58,382 nt of DNA, taken from a virus (taxonomy: Duplodnaviria; Caudoviricetes). Shown here one piece after another: positions 46,271 to 54,404 of this stretch. The notes under the pieces are model-generated. The model was not told where the DNA came from and ran no database searches. It was given only the letters and a program-made list of their open reading frames with translations. The stretch lies in IMG/VR virus record IMGVR_UViG_3300036792_000539, positions 1 through 58,382 of that record. One strand, given 5' to 3'. Each line of letters opens with the position of its first letter. The stretch's first letter is position 1. The translations under genes and the position numbers were made by a program.

Positions 46271-46281
46271 GGCACTTGATT

Positions 46282-46680
46282 TTACGTAGTGGCGGCCGCT
46301 TTGACCTCCAGCAGCCAGTAGAGGGTATTCTGCCCGCGCACCTTGACCGGCTCCGGGACGATCGCGGCCCTTGCGGACTTATCCTTCGGCAATTCCCAGG
46401 CATCCATGAACGTCTGCACGAGCTCCAGATGATGGATCAGCAGGCCGCCTTTGGCGATCTTCTTCAGCGGGAAGCCTTGTTCATCCTTGAAGAAAAACCA
46501 CTGATCAGGGCTGGCATCATCCTGACAAAGACTGACCTTGTCGCCGGCTTTCAGCTCCATGAGCTGGCAGGCATTGACGCTGAAGGAAATTTGTCCTTTG
46601 CGGCCAAAGCCTATTTTGTTCACATTTTTTACCCCCCCCCCCGTTGACTTTGGCGGGAAGCGTTTCCTGCGAGAATACAT
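46282..46680 (-). CDS. Hypothetical protein
   Basis: GQISFSVNACQLMELKAGDKVSL, resembling a swapped-hairpin fold. Confidence 0.6.
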   Translation of the reverse strand: MYSRRKRFPPKSTGGGVKNVNKIGFGRKGQISFSVNACQLMELKAGDKVSLCQDDASPDQWFFFKDEQGFPLKKIAKGGLLIHHLELVQTFMDAWELPKDKSARAAIVPEPVKVRGQNTLYWLLEVKAAATT

Positions 46681-46718
46681 TCAGTTTCATGTTGTTTGCT
46701 TTTATAAGAATGGAATGA

Positions 46719-47474
46719 TTACTTGATCGGGATTGGATTGACGGTCATGTTCTCCAGGTTCACATAGCAGCCATGGTGGCGGATGACGCCTTTGCGAAAG
46801 AGCTTCCATAGCAGCCCTGCTCCAAACTGCGCCAGCGTACTATTGATAAAAAGGTCCTGCCGGTTGATCGCCTGCGCGAGACTGCAGCTGGGCCCTTCAT
46901 CGACTTCTTTTAGTTTACTCAGCTGCGGGAACTTCTGTAGCACGGTCTTTAAGCTACCGGTTGTTCGCTTTTCGCCCGTTGGCTGCGGAGCCGGCTGGAT
47001 CGTTCCAAGGATGGCCTGCCCGGTCTCCTGTGCGTTGCCCATATCGAGCCAGTAGTAGGTGCGCTCGGTTGCGACACCCTTCCCCCTGGGCTTCAGCTGT
47101 GCTCCGATCTTTATGCGCCCGGCAGCGGTATCGATGCAGGTGATGATAATATTGGCCCCCTCGCTTCCGTCGAAGGCCCGGCTGTTGGCTTCCCAATCCA
47201 GACCAAAACAGCGATTAATCCGGCTGACCAGGACGAGCGCCTTATTCAGCCCGAGATCCGGCTCATAAAAAAGCTGCCGGGCAAGATTTGCTGCGGAGAC
47301 CACATCTGCATCCCAGGCGCGGATGTGAAGCCCAGGATGACCGAGCGCCTTTAGCGTCTCGTGCAGGCGCACGAGTTGGTTCAGCATCTGAGACCCGGTA
47401 CCGCCGAGGCCGACCAGGTGCACGGTGACCTTGTGCGCCGGATCCAGAAGATACTTTTGCGTATAATGGATCAT
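46719..47474 (-). CDS. PRTRC system ThiF-family (E1-like) adenylyltransferase
   Basis: VGLGGTGS, DADVVSAANLARQ, ITCID, YWLDMGN, catalytic-Cys motif PSCSLAQA, and QDLFIN. Confidence 0.93.
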   Translation of the reverse strand: MIHYTQKYLLDPAHKVTVHLVGLGGTGSQMLNQLVRLHETLKALGHPGLHIRAWDADVVSAANLARQLFYEPDLGLNKALVLVSRINRCFGLDWEANSRAFDGSEGANIIITCIDTAAGRIKIGAQLKPRGKGVATERTYYWLDMGNAQETGQAILGTIQPAPQPTGEKRTTGSLKTVLQKFPQLSKLKEVDEGPSCSLAQAINRQDLFINSTLAQFGAGLLWKLFRKGVIRHHGCYVNLENMTVNPIPIK

Positions 47475-48193
47475 AAAATATCTTTCACGGTTTTTTTGCC
47501 GATGGGCTGTAGCTCGTCGAGCTCCGCCCAGGTCAGCCGCTTATTTTTGATAAGTTTGGGCCACAAAAGATTGATGTTGGTCCTGGTCGGGCTCTTCGAA
47601 CCTTGGAGGTGCGAGAATTCACTCAGCCAGAAGAGGTCCTCCCAATATTTCATTAGGGCGGCGTAGGTACGTTCTTTGGGTTTGGGAACCATCGCACTAC
47701 CCAGGCAGACGTCGCCCTCTTCGCCCACATTGTGGAAAGGCGCCCGCAGTAGCGCGGTCTTCTCATCGGGGCGCCGGTCATCCGGGAGCGCATAGACCGC
47801 CAGCTCCCTGCGAGAGGCTTTGTAAAGCATAGGGGGCACAAAGGCTTCGCCGTTTGCGATGTGAAGCGACTTCTCGAAGAACAGCCGGCGACGTTCCGCG
47901 GGCCGGTGCCAGATCATGGCATAGTGACCGCCGGGCAGCCCCTCGTAAAAGAGGATATTTGGCGGCAGAAGGCCTGAGATAGCAATCCGGTTCTGCCGAT
48001 CATCAAAAAAAACGTCAATCATCCCCTGGATCGTCTCCTGCTTAAGCGGCTTGGCTTCCAGGAGCGCACCCTGATCGTCAATTTCGTGGCTCTCGAGATA
48101 AGCATCGCCCCAATCGTCCATCATGGAGGTATATGCTATGATCGCCAGGCGCGGTTGAAATGTCTTGGTCAGTCGTTCGGTAAGCTGATTCAT
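47471..48193 (-). CDS. PRTRC system protein B (prokaryotic E2-like)
   Basis: LRAPFHNVGEEGDVCLG with E2-like Cys, and WEDLFWLSEFSH; start at MNQLTE (48193). Confidence 0.9.
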   Translation of the reverse strand: MNQLTERLTKTFQPRLAIIAYTSMMDDWGDAYLESHEIDDQGALLEAKPLKQETIQGMIDVFFDDRQNRIAISGLLPPNILFYEGLPGGHYAMIWHRPAERRRLFFEKSLHIANGEAFVPPMLYKASRRELAVYALPDDRRPDEKTALLRAPFHNVGEEGDVCLGSAMVPKPKERTYAALMKYWEDLFWLSEFSHLQGSKSPTRTNINLLWPKLIKNKRLTWAELDELQPIGKKTVKDIL

Positions 48194-49320
48194 CTTTTTC
48201 TCAAGTATTTGGTGACGAGCTCCTGGGCCCGGCTGGTGAATTGCTGCAGCTGCATCGGCCATCCCAGGAGCGACTCCAGCTTATCCAGGTCCGCCTTCGT
48301 CGTCTTTTTTTTGATTTGAAGCGTAACAAAGGGATGCTCTACCCCTTCCTGGGCATTGGCATCGAGAAAGGTTTCGGTTTCCTGGGTGATCAGATCGGAG
48401 GCATCGAATAAGATAGCAGATTGATCGAGCAGGTGCAGATAGCTGGCAAAATCGTCTCCGTAGTAACCGCGGTAGATGTAATCCGTCAGACTTCGCCCCT
48501 GCCGCATGATCTCGACCCCCTGGTGAATAAGATTGGCGATGGGCTGACCTGCTTTATAACAGCGCGCCCGGCTTTGCATTTGGGGGAGCGGAATTTTGGG
48601 CGCTTTGCGGATCAGGGCGATATATCTTTTCGGATCCCCCTTTTCGTATTCGGCAATCGCCTTTTTCACTTGCCTTTTATCTTCCGCATTTTCAAAATCA
48701 TTCACCAAGACGCTATCTTTCAGGTAGTCCAGCCCATAAGCCATAATGCCGTCGTCCCAGATGGGGATCTGGCAAGCCGAGGAGTATTGATTCAGGAAGG
48801 AGAGGAACAGGCCAAATAATCGCTTATTTTCCTTTTCCAGCTTCCGGAGCGCCGGGCCTACTTCAAAGGCCGACCAGGACCAGTCGTAGGGGCATTCCTG
48901 AAAGATCGTTACCACATAATCCTTCCCCTCCCGGTCAATGTTGAACTCAAACCCCCTGGGTATTTGATCACTCAGGCGACGCAGGACGTAGGCTGCCGCA
49001 AAGGGCATGGTAATCCCCTTTTCCAACGGATCAAAATCAACCGGCTTTCCGGTGCGGATCGTCTCCAGCCGTTTTGCGGCAGACAGCAGGATCTGATAAA
49101 GCCCTTTGGGATCATCGAGCGGATGGCCGAGCGCTTTAAAGAAGACCTCCGTACCCGGCTTCTCCTTGAATCTTACGGTATAAAGGGTAGGTCTTGCGAC
49201 GGCAGCATCCGGCGTTCGTTCTCCTGATCGCGGGCGTGAAGCCGGAGATCTCTTCTTTCCTCGCGCAGTACGCGACCGAGCTGATGATGGAGATCGTCTG
49301 GTCTTAACTTTTTTCGGCAT
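48190..49320 (-). CDS. PRTRC system protein F-like
   Basis: Lies between the C and B genes in the usual E-C-F-B order; called mainly on position. Confidence 0.6.
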   Translation of the reverse strand: MPKKVKTRRSPSSARSRTARGKKRSPASRPRSGERTPDAAVARPTLYTVRFKEKPGTEVFFKALGHPLDDPKGLYQILLSAAKRLETIRTGKPVDFDPLEKGITMPFAAAYVLRRLSDQIPRGFEFNIDREGKDYVVTIFQECPYDWSWSAFEVGPALRKLEKENKRLFGLFLSFLNQYSSACQIPIWDDGIMAYGLDYLKDSVLVNDFENAEDKRQVKKAIAEYEKGDPKRYIALIRKAPKIPLPQMQSRARCYKAGQPIANLIHQGVEIMRQGRSLTDYIYRGYYGDDFASYLHLLDQSAILFDASDLITQETETFLDANAQEGVEHPFVTLQIKKKTTKADLDKLESLLGWPMQLQQFTSRAQELVTKYLRKR

Positions 49321-49348
49321 GATTTCTTGAAGTCTTTGGTTTTCATCT

Positions 49349-49570
49349 TTATCCTTTGGTTCCAACGGTCGTCTTGAACTCATAGACCGCCTTATCTCCC
49401 TCGATCTTCGGTCCCGCGATCGTGGAGGTCGTCAGCTCTTCATGCTGGCCGGCATAGAATTGCATCACCTCTTCGGGGGAGAGATTAGGGTTAAAGTCGG
49501 AGAGCTCGACGGTCTTGCCGTCTTTTTTGAAATGGAATATGCGGGTGAGGCCTGTTACTTGTAATGCCAT
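49349..49570 (-). CDS. PRTRC system protein C (ubiquitin-like, 73 aa)
   Basis: MALQVTGLTRIFHF...LSDFNP.LSPEEVMQFYA..HEELTT...GP...YEFKTTVGTKG with a free C-terminal Gly. Confidence 0.9.
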   Translation of the reverse strand: MALQVTGLTRIFHFKKDGKTVELSDFNPNLSPEEVMQFYAGQHEELTTSTIAGPKIEGDKAVYEFKTTVGTKG

Positions 49571-49625
49571 ATGCTCGATTTTAATTGGTTTCCGTTTCAG
49601 GTGATTGGGTTTCAAGAGAAGTAGG

Positions 49626-50090
49626 CTACGCTTCCGGTAAGAGATCCGGCGCGGGCTGGGAGAACATATCACCGACCAGGAGAGCAGGCGCGGTTTTACT
49701 CTTCTCTTCTTTAACCCGCTTCTCCCGTTTGGGCGTCTTGTCCTTTTGAGCAATCTTTTTCTCCTTTGCTGCTTTAGCGGCCTTAGAGGACCTTGCATAT
49801 GCCGGCGCCTTCTTCTCCTTCGACGCTTCCTTTTCCTTGGTTTCGGCGTCCCGCTTCACCTGGTCGAGGTTGCTGAGCAGGCCTTTGATCGCATTCATCT
49901 GGCCGGTTACCTGGTCAAAGAAGCCTTCATCGAGCTCCGCAGCCGTACCGGTCAGCACCAAGGGTTTTACTTTTGAGGCGTTCTTCGCCTGGGGCTCTAC
50001 CGACATGGTAATCGTCCCGTCTTTGCCTTTGATCCGGAGCACCAGATCCATTCCCTGCCCCAGCGATTCGAGTTGTTGGAAAAAGTTCAT
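49626..50090 (-). CDS. PRTRC system protein E
   Basis: MNFFQQL...PLVLTGTAAELDEGFF followed by a Lys-rich tail. Confidence 0.88.
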   Translation of the reverse strand: MNFFQQLESLGQGMDLVLRIKGKDGTITMSVEPQAKNASKVKPLVLTGTAAELDEGFFDQVTGQMNAIKGLLSNLDQVKRDAETKEKEASKEKKAPAYARSSKAAKAAKEKKIAQKDKTPKREKRVKEEKSKTAPALLVGDMFSQPAPDLLPEA

Positions 50091-50097
50091 ATTGTTG

Positions 50098-51186
50098 TCA
50101 TTGTAGCATTAGTGGCATAATAAGTCCGAGATAATTGGCATCTTCCTCCGAGGTGATCACCACGCCGCGGTTGGGCCCGTCGATGTGAAGGAAAAGATCA
50201 TCGAAGGGCAGCTGCCCAAGTACCGTTCTCAGCAGCACCGGCGCCAGGGCGATCTGCAATGTCTTTCCCGCGTATTCACCGGGCATCGTAACGACAGAAT
50301 CGCGCCCCCGCTCTTCGCTGGCGGAGGCCAGCTTGAATCGCCCGTTCCGGCTTTCCAGAGGTTCAAATTGCAGCAGGATCTGTTTGTCATCCGTCAGCAG
50401 GCATTTATTAAGGGAGGTCATGAGCTGAAGCCGGCCGACTGTAAGATTTGCCTCGCTGTTGGGAATCACCACCTTCCAGTCCGGATACTTATCGCTGGAC
50501 CGGGTGCTGATGACAGTAATATGGTCCGCCTGAAACGCAACATGATGAGAATGCCAGCGGAGCGTTGTTTTCTCCAGGCCTTCCAGAGCAAGGCCGATCT
50601 TAGGGGAAACAAGGATGGTCTCCGTTGTCGGCACCCCCATCGGGAACCGGTATTTGAACAGGGCATGGGCATTCGTAGAGACGATCGTGATGGCATCAGG
50701 GGTTAGTTCAAGGCAGGCCTTGGTCATGGCGGGTCGCAAGTCATCCTTGGATGCGGTGGCCATGGACCGGAGAAGCCAGGTCATGAATTCCTCGTTCAGT
50801 TCCAGACTATTCTTTTTGGGGATGTCCGGAAGCTTTGGAAAATTGCCCACCTCCTCGAGTCCGGCAAGGTGGAAGACCTCGTCGGCGGCGGAAAACCGCG
50901 CCTTCTTGCCGTTCAGCTCGATCACCAGTGGCTGGTTTCCCAATAGGGGGACGAGCTTTGAGAGGAACTCGAAGGGAATAAGCATCTCAAACTCCTGGGC
51001 GCACTCACAGGAACAAGTATAGCTGATGGTCAGCTCCAGGTCCGTCGATATCAGCTCCAGCTCGTTCTTCCGCGCCCTGCAATAAAGATTTAATAACACA
51101 TCGAGCGCAGGTTTTTTGAGGACGGCCTGGCTTAGATGTCGGAGCGCCGGTTTGAGGCTCTCCGTCGAAATGATGACTTTTTTCAT
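50098..51186 (-). CDS. dnaN: DNA polymerase III beta sliding clamp homolog (phage-encoded)
   Basis: 362 aa; STDLELTI, SKDDLRPAMT, VSTNAHAL, KYPDWKVVIP and GLIMPLM motifs. Confidence 0.88.
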   Translation of the reverse strand: MKKVIISTESLKPALRHLSQAVLKKPALDVLLNLYCRARKNELELISTDLELTISYTCSCECAQEFEMLIPFEFLSKLVPLLGNQPLVIELNGKKARFSAADEVFHLAGLEEVGNFPKLPDIPKKNSLELNEEFMTWLLRSMATASKDDLRPAMTKACLELTPDAITIVSTNAHALFKYRFPMGVPTTETILVSPKIGLALEGLEKTTLRWHSHHVAFQADHITVISTRSSDKYPDWKVVIPNSEANLTVGRLQLMTSLNKCLLTDDKQILLQFEPLESRNGRFKLASASEERGRDSVVTMPGEYAGKTLQIALAPVLLRTVLGQLPFDDLFLHIDGPNRGVVITSEEDANYLGLIMPLMLQ

Positions 51187-51436
51187 TCAAAAACTGTTTA
51201 TATAATCGCTTGATCGAATTTTTACCGTGTAACCGCTGAACAGCCCGAATACTGATCACCTGCTTATCTGTGCCCTTCGGCTTGAGGATGTTCCATTTAT
51301 TGATAGACCTGATCAGGTTGTCCGGTATCCGAAGCACCGGAATCCGGTTGCCTTCATAGAGCGTCAGCTTACCATGCACCTTCACCAGGTAGGCGCCGCG
51401 GAGCAATTTTGATATGAGGAGTTTTCTATTTTTCAT
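51005..51436 (-). CDS. Basic hypothetical protein (C-terminus overlaps the clamp gene)
   Basis: Start MKNRKLL at 51436, coupled to the upstream stop. Confidence 0.55.
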   Translation of the reverse strand: MKNRKLLISKLLRGAYLVKVHGKLTLYEGNRIPVLRIPDNLIRSINKWNILKPKGTDKQVISIRAVQRLHGKNSIKRLYKQFLNEKSHHFDGEPQTGAPTSKPGRPQKTCARCVIKSLLQGAEERAGADIDGPGADHQLYLFL

Positions 51437-51437
51437 A

Positions 51438-51794
51438 TCAGAACAGCGATCGCTGGTTTTCTTCTTTGGGCGGATCCGGGCGGCGCGCGCGGTTGGTTTT
51501 GGTAGGGCTGCTTTTCGGGCTTTGCGTGGCGACAGCCGGCGGGGCAGCAACCACCGGTTGTCTATGTTCTTCGGCGGTTGGCGGAGGCGTCGACTGGGCC
51601 AGCCATTCCGCCGGTATATCAAGGATATCGCTGGCCAGCGCCGGGTATTTAAATCCGCTCTGACCCTTTACAATAAAGACATGCCCGTGAACGGAAATGA
51701 TCTCCACTTCCTCGCCGGCGGCGCCGTATATTCTTTTGGGCGGGAGCGCGCTTCGGATATCGTGCTTAAGGGTAGGCATGTCAGGTGAATTCAT
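51438..51794 (-). CDS. Hypothetical protein with C-terminal clamp-binding-like motif QRSLF
   Basis: Small beta domain, Pro-rich linker, and terminal NQRSLF resembling QL[S/D]LF. Confidence 0.6.
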   Translation of the reverse strand: MNSPDMPTLKHDIRSALPPKRIYGAAGEEVEIISVHGHVFIVKGQSGFKYPALASDILDIPAEWLAQSTPPPTAEEHRQPVVAAPPAVATQSPKSSPTKTNRARRPDPPKEENQRSLF

Positions 51795-52071
51795 AGCGTT
51801 CGTTCTCTTTTACGATCGTTGTCTGGAAGGGGAAGGCTTCCTTTGGCACCCGTTCGATCATCTCCCGCAGCGTCGCTGATCCGGTAAAAATGACGTGCTG
51901 CGTCTCCCCGATCCGGATCTGCAAGTCCAGGCGATCGCCGTCGAACTTGGATTTCTCGATCTTGAAGGCTTCGACCGTGATTGACCGGTTGAGGATCCTG
52001 TCGATCTTGATTTTGTCGCCCACGAATCCTTTCTGGGCCGGCTTGATCCCGAATTCCTTGAAATTTCTCAT
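51781..52071 (-). CDS. Small protein nested in the RT 3' end; candidate DGR accessory factor
   Basis: MRNFKEFGIK...FVGDKIKI...IFTGSATL...FPFQTTI, 96 aa; I recall similar ORFs following RTs in Bacteroidota DGRs (not checked). Confidence 0.7.
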   Translation of the reverse strand: MRNFKEFGIKPAQKGFVGDKIKIDRILNRSITVEAFKIEKSKFDGDRLDLQIRIGETQHVIFTGSATLREMIERVPKEAFPFQTTIVKENERYEFT

Positions 52072-53017
52072 GCAGTAAGGTTTTGAGTAGGTGGTTGCAG
52101 TCGGCATGGGCAGCCCAACCGTAATAGGATGCGACCGATTGAAGGGTCAGTCGACGCGCAACCATGCGCGCAAAATTCTTCTTGATGGATTTGCGAAGAA
52201 GCGTATGGGTAAGAAAGAACCGGTATCCGACAAAGTCGATGCCCCGGGCGGCGACGGGAAAGACCTGGTAATTGGCTTTCAGCTGCAGGCGCAAGTGGAC
52301 TTCGAGGTACTGGCGGATCTCGCCCAGCAACCGGTGCAGCGACGGCTTATTCGGGGCCAGGAAAACCATGTCATCCAGGTAGCGGAAATAATGCCGGACC
52401 AGCTTTTCTTCTTTCAGCCAGTGGTCAAAATAGGTCAGGTAAAAATTGGCGAAGTACTGCGACAGGTAGTTGCCGATCGGAAGACCCGGAGCGCTTTCGA
52501 TGATCTCGTCGAGGAGCCACAATAGATCAGGATCCTTGAATTTGCGGCGAAGCAGCCCTTTGAGGACGTTATGGCTGACCGAGGGGTAGAACTTGCGGAT
52601 ATCGAGCTTAAGACAATAGCGGGTCGCTTCTGGGTCGCGGAGGGCCCTTTTAACAGCCCTGGCGGCGCCGTGGATCCCGCGGCCGCGGATGCAGCTATAG
52701 CTATCGGCCGTATAGACGGCCCGGAAAATGGGCTCGAGGATGTTCAGGACCGCATGATGCAGAATGCGGTCAGGGAAATACGGCAGCCGGAAGATCTCGC
52801 GCTCTTTGGGCTCGTAGATCTTAAAGGTAATATAGGGGGATGTTTGGTAGGTCTTCGTCAGAAGCATTTGCTGAAGGCTAAGGAGGTTGGACTCAGCGCT
52901 CACCAGGTGCGCCTTCACGCCCGGCTGATGACTTTTGCCCTTGCGGGCCTTTTGGTCGGCCAGCCGGAGGTTATCCAGGCTGCAGATCTTCTCGTATAAC
53001 TGACCGATGCGCTTCAT
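51791..53017 (-). CDS. DGR-type reverse transcriptase
   Basis: EPKER, PDRILHHA, LKLDIRKFYPS, GLPIGNYLSQ (DGR-type IGxxxSQ), RYLDD and GIDFVGY; no maturase or endonuclease domain. Confidence 0.96.
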   Translation of the reverse strand: MKRIGQLYEKICSLDNLRLADQKARKGKSHQPGVKAHLVSAESNLLSLQQMLLTKTYQTSPYITFKIYEPKEREIFRLPYFPDRILHHAVLNILEPIFRAVYTADSYSCIRGRGIHGAARAVKRALRDPEATRYCLKLDIRKFYPSVSHNVLKGLLRRKFKDPDLLWLLDEIIESAPGLPIGNYLSQYFANFYLTYFDHWLKEEKLVRHYFRYLDDMVFLAPNKPSLHRLLGEIRQYLEVHLRLQLKANYQVFPVAARGIDFVGYRFFLTHTLLRKSIKKNFARMVARRLTLQSVASYYGWAAHADCNHLLKTLLHEKFQGIRDQAGPERIRGRQNQDRQDPQPVNHGRSLQDREIQVRRRSPGLADPDRGDAARHFYRISDAAGDDRTGAKGSLPLPDNDRKRERTL

Positions 53018-53230
53018 CCTTTGCTGTTGGGGGCCCGCGTTCGCACATACAGCGCTACCGGCGGACCCGGTTTAAGAGACATTTTTTGCCATGCGGGCAA
53101 GGCTTGCGAGAACGATGATCGTTGCAAATGCTGGGAGCTGCCGGTCGTGTTCGTGATGTCGTAGTTCGAATCGTTGAACCGGAAACTGGAACCACCCGCT
53201 CCGCCCTCGCGCCGCCTGTATCAGGACCTG
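53018..53230 (-). ncRNA. DGR template RNA region (TR plus structured spacer)
   Basis: 213-bp non-coding gap holding the TR, a TTGCC-cgcat-GGCAA hairpin (53086-53100) and a GGGTCCGC/GCGGGCCC stem before the RT start. Confidence 0.8.
53129..53194 (-). repeat. DGR template repeat (TR)
   Basis: Minus-strand tggttccAgtttccggttcAAcgAttcgAActAcgAcAtcAcgAAcAcgAccggcAgctcccAgcA: 66 bp with 17 A and three AAC codons. Confidence 0.96.
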
Positions 53231-53713
53231 CTAAAGCAGGAACCGGTTATAGTGATCCAAGAACTGGGTTCCGACATAGTCGCTGATTCGCTTGGAGCAA
53301 AGGCGGAGCCGGGAGCCGCCGGTCGTGAGCGTGAGGGCGTAGTCCGAAACGAGGAACCGGAAACCGGAACCAGTGTGGACAAAATAGGGCGCCCATTTTT
53401 GCTGATTGTTATTCGGCGACCAGTCCCATTCCCATCCGGGAGGAAGGAACGCTTCTATCACTACCTTGAGCTGCTTATAGGCGATCTCATCAGACGTTCC
53501 GCTGTTCAGCTCCATATCCTGTGGATCATCGCCGGTGATCCGGCACGCCGCCTCAAAAGAGGGCACGAGCGGGATAATGTAATCCTCCCATTCCTTGATA
53601 TTGGTGTAAAAGGGAGAGCCGCCGAATAAATTATTTAGTGTAATTAAACCACCTTCGTCAGCCTCCTTATAGGCTTGCAAGACTTTTTCTTTTGGAATTT
53701 GAATCATATCCAT
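53231..53713 (-). CDS. DGR target protein 1 (160 aa, no signal peptide)
   Basis: Contains VR1, encoding GSGFRFLVSDYALTLTTGGSRL near the C-terminus. Confidence 0.92.
   Translation of the reverse strand: MDMIQIPKEKVLQAYKEADEGGLITLNNLFGGSPFYTNIKEWEDYIIPLVPSFEAACRITGDDPQDMELNSGTSDEIAYKQLKVVIEAFLPPGWEWDWSPNNNQQKWAPYFVHTGSGFRFLVSDYALTLTTGGSRLRLCSKRISDYVGTQFLDHYNRFLL
53307..53372 (-). repeat. DGR variable repeat VR1
   Basis: Ungapped 66-bp alignment to the TR with 12 mismatches, all at TR adenines. Confidence 0.96.
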
Positions 53714-53732
53714 CGTTTGAATTTTAGCGTGT

Positions 53733-54404
53733 TCATGCGGCGCCCATCAGGCTTCCGAACAGCGTCGCATATTTAAAAGCCAGATCCTGGTATTGCGCTT
53801 TGCCTTCCTGGTAGTTGGCATCGCCTCGCCGGATCGGAACCTGGAAGACCCGGCAATTTTTTTTGCTGATCCCAATCAGCATATCGCGATCGACCCCTTC
53901 GATATCCATGTACCAGGCGCGTTGGCGGAAATATTCGAAGTAGTGGCAAGCCTCTTCGAATTGCTTCTGCGTCTCGGCCGTCGTGCTTTTGATGTCGCCG
54001 GAGATCTGGAGCTTCGGCATGGCGAAGAGGTCCCATTTGCACCGGACATCCAGCAGGAACCGGACGCCAGCATATTCGACTGGAAAGCCTCTTCGGATGC
54101 TGACCTTTTGGAACTCCGAATTTTGGGCCAGCAGCTTGCAAAAGGGTACCCGGTAAAAAGCCTTCTTCATTTCCTCGGCGAGTTCGAAATCTCCTCGGGT
54201 GTATTGATTTCCCGCACAGGTATACCGGAAGTAGTTCACCTTATGCGGCTCGGTGATCATGCAATCGATCAGGGTACCGAACCGGTAAGCGGCCTCCTTA
54301 TCGTAGCGAAGGATCTCCGGCTCCCAATAGCGCTTTAGATCGGAGAGATCGCTATTGCTCACCTCCGGCCGGCCGTAGTAGGGATCATTGACTTCCTCGA
54401 TCAT
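53733..54404 (-). CDS. PD-(D/E)XK exonuclease (DUF3799 / RecE-ExoVIII-like)
   Basis: YYGRPEVSNSDL, FGTLID, RCKWD, GDIKST and YFRQRAWY; near the recT-like gene. Confidence 0.85.
   Translation of the reverse strand: MIEEVNDPYYGRPEVSNSDLSDLKRYWEPEILRYDKEAAYRFGTLIDCMITEPHKVNYFRYTCAGNQYTRGDFELAEEMKKAFYRVPFCKLLAQNSEFQKVSIRRGFPVEYAGVRFLLDVRCKWDLFAMPKLQISGDIKSTTAETQKQFEEACHYFEYFRQRAWYMDIEGVDRDMLIGISKKNCRVFQVPIRRGDANYQEGKAQYQDLAFKYATLFGSLMGAA

Noticed and set aside
51791-53017. RT as a group II intron, retron or Abi RT
   Set aside because: It has the DGR-type IGxxxSQ motif, no maturase or endonuclease domain, and an adjacent TR/VR pair with adenine-only mismatches.
53174-53629. 151-aa plus-strand ORF as Avd
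   Set aside because: Antisense to the target gene and TR, with no helical-bundle Avd-like character.
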